Part shown: in pieces, positions 58,124-64,000 of the stretch
Numbering within the stretch: the stretch's first letter is position 1
How the letters are laid out: the number at the start of each line of letters is the position of its first letter
Assembly (NCBI GenBank): GCA_902168245.1
Contig: CABHPA010000085.1
Span: 14,805-78,804, forward strand
Length of the DNA: 64,000 nucleotides
Direction: 5' to 3'
Source: Candidatus Melainabacteria bacterium
GTDB taxonomy: Bacteria; Cyanobacteriota; Vampirovibrionia; Vampirovibrionales; Vampirovibrionaceae
Program-made: the position numbers and the translations under genes
Notes under the pieces: generated by a model
What the model saw: only the letters and a program-made list of their open reading frames with translations
Database searches by the model: none
Told to the model about the DNA's origin: nothing

Positions 58124-58841
58124 AGCCCAGGCCCGCTTTCTGGCCGCTTTGGGCTTGTACTTGTTCTTGCGCGTTTTTAACCCGGATGCAGGACGGACAT
58201 TGGCCGCATTGCTCATCCGTGGCTTCATAGCAACTCCAAACCAGATGAAACGGCACTTTCAGTTCCAGCCCGCGCTGGATAATTTCCTGTTTATTCAGGT
58301 GACCCACCGGGGTTTCCACCCGTACGCCGGTCAAAGTGGAATACGCGAACACCCCATTAAGCTGATCCCGAAATTCGGGCGTATTATCGGGAAAACTGGC
58401 GCCTTCTTCGGCGTTAGCCCCAAACACAATGGCATTGGCCTTTAACGCTTCCGCAAAACAGGCCGCTATATTTAAAAACAGGCCGTTTCGGTTTGGCACC
58501 CAAACCCGGTTCACATCGAACAAAGCCTCCTCGGTTAAGGCGTCTTTCGGCTGAATACCTTGTTCTGCCAAGGTTTGCAGCGGGGTCAGCGCCTGGGGAA
58601 GCAGATCAGAAAGCCACGGCAGCGCAATGACCCGATGATGGAGCTGGTAATAATCCGCAATGGCGCGGGTGGCCTGTAATTCTTTTTTGGCGGCGCGCTG
58701 ACCGTAATCGAACGTTAAAACACAAGCCACCGGCTGACGGCTCAGCGTATCGGCCAGCGCTACGGTGGAATCCAGCCCGCCCGATAACAGCACCACAGCG
58801 CCATCGGGAGAGGCGGGAAAATTGGAAGTGGGAAACGACAT
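58110..58841 (-). CDS. queC: 7-cyano-7-deazaguanine synthase
   Basis: LLSGGLDS PP-loop; C-terminal CGQCPSC zinc motif. Confidence 0.85.
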   Translation of the reverse strand: MSFPTSNFPASPDGAVVLLSGGLDSTVALADTLSRQPVACVLTFDYGQRAAKKELQATRAIADYYQLHHRVIALPWLSDLLPQALTPLQTLAEQGIQPKDALTEEALFDVNRVWVPNRNGLFLNIAACFAEALKANAIVFGANAEEGASFPDNTPEFRDQLNGVFAYSTLTGVRVETPVGHLNKQEIIQRGLELKVPFHLVWSCYEATDEQCGQCPSCIRVKNAQEQVQAQSGQKAGLGFMNG

Positions 58842-58913
58842 GAGGAACCCTCGCGTTCAGGTGGGAAGTGCTTTAAAAATACCACTAAAGCCGCCCGGTT
58901 TCAGGTAAGTCGG

Positions 58914-59984
58914 TTAGGGAATATACCCTTCCAGCTCATCCCGCAAAAAGCTGGGCAGGTTCTCGCGGGTGAGCAATTCCCGGATGGCCCCTTCCCCGGC
59001 CATGCGATAAATAGCGTACACCGCGGCTTTCGCCACTTCGTCGTCTTCATCGAATACGCAGTGGGTGAGGGATTCCAGGCATTCATCGTTACCAATGGCC
59101 ACCAGGGCTTCCACCGCCGCCAACCGTATGGATGGGGCGTCATCCCGCAAGGCCGCAATCAGGCTGTCGGCCGCTTTGCGGTTAGGGCGGCCAATACGGC
59201 CCACCGCTTCAATAATCTGCTCTTTCAAAAAGTTGAACTTATCCCGAATGCCCCGCTTGGATTCCAGCATGTCGATCAGCGGCTCAATCGCCCGAATATC
59301 GCCCAGCATGCCCAGCGCCTTGGCCACGGATTCTTTCAGGTACACCGATTTTTCCCGCTCGTCGGACAAAATCTCAATCAACGGGGAAACCGCGTAATCA
59401 TCGCCCAACTTACCCAGGCTTTCCGCCACGGCCAGCCGCAAGCGGTAGTTTTCATCGCGGTTGTTCAAAATGCTCATCAGGGGAATAATGGCCCGGTTAT
59501 CGCCAATTTTGCCCAGCGCCAAGGCGGCGCTGCATCGCAAACGCATGCTTTCTTCCCCCTGCACGAAATTGGCCGGATCGGGGCAATCGTACAGATCGAT
59601 GTGGGTGGCCAGCAACACATCGATAATCACCGGCACCGCGTCATCGGACTTAATGCGACCCAACACGCTGATGATATGCGTAATCATCCGGCTGCTGCGC
59701 TCCACACGGATACTTTCGGTGAGGCAGGTAATGCCCACGGCGTTGAACTCCCGGCACAACAGGTCTCCCAGAACGGAGACAGCCCGCATCCTGTGATCCA
59801 GCGGCGTTTTCCCCCTGGACTCAATGACGTCAATCAGTTCATATAGGCTTTCGGGGACAGCTTCCATGAGGCTCCGTAATGAAAGTCGCGCTTTAGACCA
59901 ATTTACCATCTTTTCGACCGACAAGGGCTTATTCCTCAATCCCAATTTCGGTATTCCCACCTGAGAGAGGTGGCATTTACCCAT
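58914..59984 (-). CDS. HEAT/PBS-lyase-type repeat protein
   Basis: Multiple about 31-aa repeats (R..A..ALG.IGD..A...L). Confidence 0.65.
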   Translation of the reverse strand: MGKCHLSQVGIPKLGLRNKPLSVEKMVNWSKARLSLRSLMEAVPESLYELIDVIESRGKTPLDHRMRAVSVLGDLLCREFNAVGITCLTESIRVERSSRMITHIISVLGRIKSDDAVPVIIDVLLATHIDLYDCPDPANFVQGEESMRLRCSAALALGKIGDNRAIIPLMSILNNRDENYRLRLAVAESLGKLGDDYAVSPLIEILSDEREKSVYLKESVAKALGMLGDIRAIEPLIDMLESKRGIRDKFNFLKEQIIEAVGRIGRPNRKAADSLIAALRDDAPSIRLAAVEALVAIGNDECLESLTHCVFDEDDEVAKAAVYAIYRMAGEGAIRELLTRENLPSFLRDELEGYIP

Positions 59985-60159
59985 TTTTATAACGTGCTTA
60001 TCGCCTGCTCAACTGCCAGCCGATTGTAACAAAAACAAAAAATGCAAAAAACAGATAGCAACAAATTTGATTCATGGGTATTAAAACTTCTTTTATGGTT
60101 GAGGCTATTTCAGGAAGAATACACTTACCTTTTTCAAAACAATATAAATATTTGATATA

Positions 60160-60296
60160 CCTCATGATTAATTGTAAATTTTTGTAAACATCTAAAAAGT
60201 CATGTCTCTGCCTACTTCCCCACGTGTGCAAGTCACCCAGCAGATTAATTTTTGTAAAATTTATATTGCCTCATGTTTATAATGCTAAACACGTGG
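60160..60296 (+). promoter_or_regulatory. Duplicated promoter-like module (cctcatg-attaatt-ttgtaaa ... CACGTG) with TATAAT -10
   Basis: Module 1 at 60160-60226 and module 2 at 60243-60295. TTGTAAA x3, CACGTG x2, TATAAT at 60278-60283. The enclosing 60000-60340 region is strongly AT-rich. Confidence 0.4.
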
Positions 60297-60341
60297 AAAG
60301 CAAAAACAGTTTCGTGGGACACACAGGGTAGAGGAGTTAGC

Positions 60342-60569
60342 GTGAGTACGATTGATCCATTTGAGACCGATAGTATTGTCGTAGGTACCTTCAAGCGTTG
60401 GAGCGCCTCCGCTGTGGAGTGCTATACGCGCAAGGCCAATTGCGACGGATGTTACTACCAGAACTTTTTCTCCAGCCGCCCCTACGGCTGCAAAATGTAC
60501 CTGGCGGTAGAGCAATTGCTGGAAACGCTGGGCGAACCCAGCAACAGCATGATCAGCAAATTCTCCTGA
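60342..60569 (+). CDS. Small Cys-containing hypothetical protein (about 75 aa; GTG start)
   Basis: C-x7-C-x2-C-x16-C arrangement; AT-rich promoter upstream and a strong hairpin downstream. Confidence 0.35.
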   Translation: MSTIDPFETDSIVVGTFKRWSASAVECYTRKANCDGCYYQNFFSSRPYGCKMYLAVEQLLETLGEPSNSMISKFS

Positions 60570-60597
60570 ACGATACTTCGGTTTTTCATCATCCTGG

Positions 60598-60635
60598 TTC
60601 AAGGTCGGGCTTTATGCGAAGTCCGACCTTGAACG
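60598..60635 (+). terminator. 12-bp perfect stem-loop (gttcaaggtcgg / ccgaccttgaac) without U-tract
   Basis: Immediately downstream of the small Cys ORF stop; possible terminator or processing hairpin. Confidence 0.4.
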
Positions 60636-60757
60636 CTTAGCAGCCAGCTTGCGATCCGGGGCAATCTGCGCCAAGATAAGCATACTGCCCCACAGCAACG
60701 TTTTTACCCCTCTGTTTAAAGCGTTAACATCCGAGAACCCAACGAGGACTTCCGCCA

Positions 60758-61249
60758 ATGCCAAACCTGCCGATTATGCCGTTTATCGTGCTGATTCTGT
60801 TACTGCTGCCCATTCGGCTGCATAGCCAGGCCATGAAAGGGCTGGCCTTTTTCCTGTGGCTGCTGGGCGGACTTGTGTTGAGTTTCCGTGGGGTGGCTTT
60901 CATGGTGTCCGCAGCCGATCAGCCAGGGCCAGTCGTGCTGGCGGCCATTGGCGCAGCGGCTTTGGCCGTGGGTTTTGGCAAAGGCAAGTTTGTGCTTTCC
61001 AAAACCTCCAACCGCAACATTGAGCGGATCGACCAATTCACCGAACCCAAGCGGCCCATTCAAGTCTACAGCCTGCGGAGCTGGATTATCATCGGTATTA
61101 TGGTGAGCATTAGCGTGGCGCTCACCGTGTTCCATGCGCCGGATCTGGTTCGGGGAGCCGTGAACCTGGCCATCGGCTTTGCCCTGATTATCAGCAGCCT
61201 GGCTTACCTGCGCGCCCTTTGCCCAGCCAAACAGGCCAGCCAAGGCTAA
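60758..61249 (+). CDS. Hypothetical 4-TM membrane protein
   Basis: 163 aa, hydrophobic helices, no recognisable domain. Confidence 0.45.
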   Translation: MPNLPIMPFIVLILLLLPIRLHSQAMKGLAFFLWLLGGLVLSFRGVAFMVSAADQPGPVVLAAIGAAALAVGFGKGKFVLSKTSNRNIERIDQFTEPKRPIQVYSLRSWIIIGIMVSISVALTVFHAPDLVRGAVNLAIGFALIISSLAYLRALCPAKQASQG

Positions 61250-61270
61250 ACAACCAGATTATTTACACGC

Positions 61271-61627
61271 CTATTTGCCTTTTAAAAATGCCGTCAGGCT
61301 TTGTTCATCGAAGCCTTGATACAAAGCACCGTCATCGGTCACAATCACCGGGCGCTTAATCAGGTTGGGATCTACCAGCATCAGGTCGATCACCGTCTTT
61401 TTATCCGGCGTTGCTTTGCCCAGGTTCTTTTCCTTGTAAATGGTGCTGCGAGCATTCAGGCTGGCTTTTATATCGCTGGCGTCCACCAGTTGTTCCAACA
61501 CCTTGCGCGCGGGCGGCTTGGTTTCAATGGAAATTTCCTCAAAATCCACCCGTTGCCCTTCCAAAAACGCCTTGGCCTTTTTGCAGGTAATGCAGCTCTT
61601 TTTTCCGTAAAATTTCAGCGCCATCAC
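61271..61627 (-). CDS. ArsC/Spx-family (YffB-like) thioredoxin-fold protein
   Basis: LKFYGKKSCITCKKAKAFL N-terminal CxxC in an ArsC-family context; 118 aa. Confidence 0.7.
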   Translation of the reverse strand: MMALKFYGKKSCITCKKAKAFLEGQRVDFEEISIETKPPARKVLEQLVDASDIKASLNARSTIYKEKNLGKATPDKKTVIDLMLVDPNLIKRPVIVTDDGALYQGFDEQSLTAFLKGK

Positions 61628-61675
61628 AGCCTATCCTCGTTTAACCGCAAACTCAGCCCTTATTATAGTTCAGGC

Positions 61676-62392
61676 TTAATCGGGCGGAATGTCCAGGCTG
61701 CTTTTCTTGCCGGAAAGCAACAGGGAGCCGATCCGGGTGCGGAAATCCGTCACGTCATCCAGGCTATTATAGCCCCAGCCCGGCTTAAAATTTGCCTTGT
61801 ATTCAGCATCCAGGGGAGCCGTATTAAACAGCCGCTTGGAATAGACCGCCGTAAACCCGGCCAATTCCAGCAGTTCCCGGTATTTTCGCTCGGTATAAAG
61901 CTGCATGGGGATTTCAATCAGGTCGCCCCAGGTGTGGCAGTAAGGGTTTTCCTTAAAATAATCCACCATAACCCACACGGAACCAGCCGGTTTCAGCACC
62001 CGGTGCCATTCTTTAATGGCCACCAGCGGATCGGGCATATAATAAACCGCCTCCACCGACAGCAATCGCTCGAAGCTTTCCGCTTCAAACGGCAAGGTTT
62101 CGGCGGCGCTCACCGCATACTCGGCATTAGCGGGATTTTCAGGGTGAATTCGGGCCTGCTCCACCATTTGCGGAGCCACATCCACCCCAACGGCCTTTCC
62201 ACCGTGGGCAACCCGCTGCGCCATAGCCCGCACCGCATAACCGTTGCCACAGCCCACATCCAGGCAATGCAAGCCGGAATGCAGCTCCATACGCTCAATA
62301 ATCTGGGACACCATGGGCCAATGCCCCTTGGCCATGGATTCCCCTTTCCCGGCATTCGCCCAGGAATCAAAGAGTTCGGCAGCTTGTTGCAT
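61676..62392 (-). CDS. Class I SAM-dependent methyltransferase
   Basis: Motif I LDVGCGNGY; motif post-I (GVDVAPQMV). Confidence 0.75.
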   Translation of the reverse strand: MQQAAELFDSWANAGKGESMAKGHWPMVSQIIERMELHSGLHCLDVGCGNGYAVRAMAQRVAHGGKAVGVDVAPQMVEQARIHPENPANAEYAVSAAETLPFEAESFERLLSVEAVYYMPDPLVAIKEWHRVLKPAGSVWVMVDYFKENPYCHTWGDLIEIPMQLYTERKYRELLELAGFTAVYSKRLFNTAPLDAEYKANFKPGWGYNSLDDVTDFRTRIGSLLLSGKKSSLDIPPD

Positions 62393-62403
62393 TTGCGCCC
62401 TAA

Positions 62404-62797
62404 CTAACGATTGTTATCGTAATCCAGCGTGGGATAGGGCTTTTCTTTCCATTGCTTGTAGCCCCCTTGCAAAGAGAATACGTTCTCGTATCCCATTTGC
62501 TGCAACACATCGGCCACCATAGCGGAACGGCCCCCACCGCCGCAGTAGGCCACAATGGTTTTGCGTTTATCCGGCACGGTGTCCTCAATTTCCAGTTCCA
62601 CCACGCCACGCGGAATATTCACGGCCCCTTCAATGCGGGAATGGGCATGATCGTTGGCCTCCCGCACATCCAGAATCAACATGTCCTTGCCCTGCTCAAA
62701 CCACTGGCGGAACTCGTCCTGGGACACTTCCGTAATACGGGTTTTGGCGTCGGCCACAAAGTCTTTCCAGGTTTTGGCTTGCTGTGTCTGGGCCATG
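62404..62797 (-). CDS. Rhodanese-domain sulfurtransferase
   Basis: Active-site loop YCGGGGRS; about 130 aa from the ATG at 62797. Confidence 0.7.
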
Positions 62798-62910
62798 GGG
62801 CATACTCCTTTTCGATTGGGAATGGTATGCCCTATTTTACAGCGAACCCGCACAGTTGTGACATTGGCGGATTGGCTAATGGTCTGTCGTCGGCTTTTAA
62901 ATTAGCGCAC

Positions 62911-63372
62911 TTAGCGGATAAACAGTTCCAGGTTGAAGTATCCCAGGTGCGTATCGCCGCTCCACAGCTCGTATAGAATCTCGATAATGCCGCCTTCCGG
63001 GGTGAGGGCGTAATCCATTTTTTTAGTGAAGTTGCGGCACACCAGGGACGCGCCGCCGTAAAAATACTGGCTGGCGTACCATTCGTTTGCCGAAAACGTT
63101 TGGCGGCTATGGACTTCGCCAATCTTCACCACGGAAATGGTGTTTTTGGAAACCTTAATGGTGGTGGTCACCTTTTTTTCCTTCAACATGGTGTCGAAGG
63201 CCAGGATATAGGTGTCTTTATCCACCTGGTACAGGGAACCCAGGGCTTCCTCTTCGATTTCGAAGGGATCGTAACCGTTAACGGACTGGGTGTGGCAGAT
63301 GTCCACCATCACCATCTTTTTGATTTTTTTCAAGTCACTCATCTTTAGGCTCACCCGACTTTTTCTTGGCAC
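62911..63372 (-). CDS. Hypothetical protein (possibly DUF1934/YwiB-like beta-barrel)
   Basis: 153-aa ORF; family guess from memory only. Confidence 0.3.
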   Translation of the reverse strand: MPRKSRVSLKMSDLKKIKKMVMVDICHTQSVNGYDPFEIEEEALGSLYQVDKDTYILAFDTMLKEKKVTTTIKVSKNTISVVKIGEVHSRQTFSANEWYASQYFYGGASLVCRNFTKKMDYALTPEGGIIEILYELWSGDTHLGYFNLELFIR

Positions 63373-63463
63373 GCTAACGGTTAACCCGCAAAAGAGCTAT
63401 CGGCCCGGAGCCGATTTTCTTTAACGGAAAATGGAATTTCTTTCTTAGGGGGAAGATTTCCGG

Positions 63464-63970
63464 TTATTTGTGATACGGTTCGCCCCGCCGGATTTTAAAC
63501 GCCCTGTAGAGCTGTTCCAGCAGGATTAGTCTAACCATGGGGTGGGGAAACGTCATTCGGGATAGCGACACCGTCCAGTTACACTCTCTCAAAACCGACG
63601 GATGCAAGCCCAACGGCCCTCCCACAATGAATATGATAGGCCCGGACTCGTTGGATGGAATACCTCCGTTTGATGGATCTGCGCCCAGCCGCTCAAAAAA
63701 TGCGGCGGAAAATTTCTCAGAAGTCGCCTCTTCCCCGCGCTCGGAAAGCGCGATGGCGTAAGCCGCCTTTTGCACGTATGGCAACAACCGCTGGGCTTCC
63801 TTTTCCATAATCTGCTCGGCGGTTTTAGACGGCAAAATCGGCTCGTCCGGCACCTCTACGATAGAAACCGGCGCATAAGCCTTCAGCCGCTTCAAATAAT
63901 CGTCAATTCCGGCTTGCAGATAAGAAAACCCGCCTTTCATACGGCCTACCACAATCAGTTGAATTTGCAT
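63464..63970 (-). CDS. rlmH: 23S rRNA (pseudouridine1915-N3)-methyltransferase RlmH
   Basis: SPOUT/YbeA pattern (IIFIVGGPLGL, ...SLSRMTFPHPMVRLILLEQLYRAF). Confidence 0.85.
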   Translation of the reverse strand: MQIQLIVVGRMKGGFSYLQAGIDDYLKRLKAYAPVSIVEVPDEPILPSKTAEQIMEKEAQRLLPYVQKAAYAIALSERGEEATSEKFSAAFFERLGADPSNGGIPSNESGPIIFIVGGPLGLHPSVLRECNWTVSLSRMTFPHPMVRLILLEQLYRAFKIRRGEPYHK

Positions 63971-64000
63971 GCGTCGCGTTCCTGCGCCTTCCCAATTTTC

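Noticed and set aside
60285-60602. 105-aa minus-strand ORF overlapping the small Cys-protein ORF
   Set aside because: It starts inside the 12-bp hairpin and would be transcribed towards the AT-rich promoter region. The plus-strand frame is weakly favoured, but this is not resolved.

Overview
The window is 64 kb of high-GC (about 57-60%) Gram-negative chromosome, densely coding on both strands. All gene calls are by eye from the supplied ORF translations; no searches were run.

Contents, left to right:
- 3' end of a sensor histidine kinase.
- A spore-coat-protein-U (SCPU)/Csu-type chaperone-usher pilus locus: putative chaperone, tandem-SCPU protein, major pilin with terminator, and a divergent ~1044-aa outer-membrane usher-like protein.
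- An iron-uptake cluster: cupredoxin-like protein, exbD, exbB, tonB, a PKHD-type (YbiX-like) hydroxylase and a TonB-dependent receptor. The receptor is preceded by Fur-box-like palindromes.
- A PAS-GAF sensor, an FMN glutamate-synthase-like protein and a GAF-PAS histidine kinase.
- An AMIN-CHAP peptidoglycan hydrolase and a GT2-TPR glycosyltransferase.
- A low-GC DUF3800 gene next to tRNA-Thr(CGU).
- An LdpA-like Fe-S protein, a Ycf45-like R3H AAA ATPase, tmk, and a CDF-CBS-CorC fusion transporter.
- The flagellar export operon fliP-fliQ-fliR-flhB-flhA, with a J-domain protein upstream.
- LPS transport genes (lptA-like, lptB, lptF/G-like), a Moco oxidoreductase and two tandem paralogous secreted proteins.
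- rpsP, then a long translationally coupled respiratory operon on the minus strand: cbb3 oxidase (ccoN, a ccoO fused to an extra cytochrome c domain, and two small proteins below the ORF cutoff) joined directly to a bc complex (diheme cytochrome c, Rieske protein, cytochrome b).
- Downstream of that, a second cytochrome-b domain fused to a 2x[4Fe-4S] ferredoxin, then an MvhD-like Fe-S protein and a DoxX protein.
- A housekeeping tail: oppD-like ATPase, cdd, ctp, nagA, queC, a HEAT-repeat protein, an ArsC-like protein, a methyltransferase, a rhodanese and rlmH.

Most notable:
- A fused complex III-IV (bc + cbb3) operon in which the bc-complex cytochrome b appears to lack both canonical heme bH histidine ligands.
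- The neighbouring cytochrome b-ferredoxin fusion with an MvhD-like partner, which looks like an undescribed quinone-linked electron-transfer module.
- A combination of cyanobacterial-lineage markers (Ycf45-like, LdpA-like) with flagella, LPS export and this respiratory operon. This is reminiscent of non-photosynthetic cyanobacterial relatives (Melainabacteria/Sericytochromatia); that assignment is inference only.
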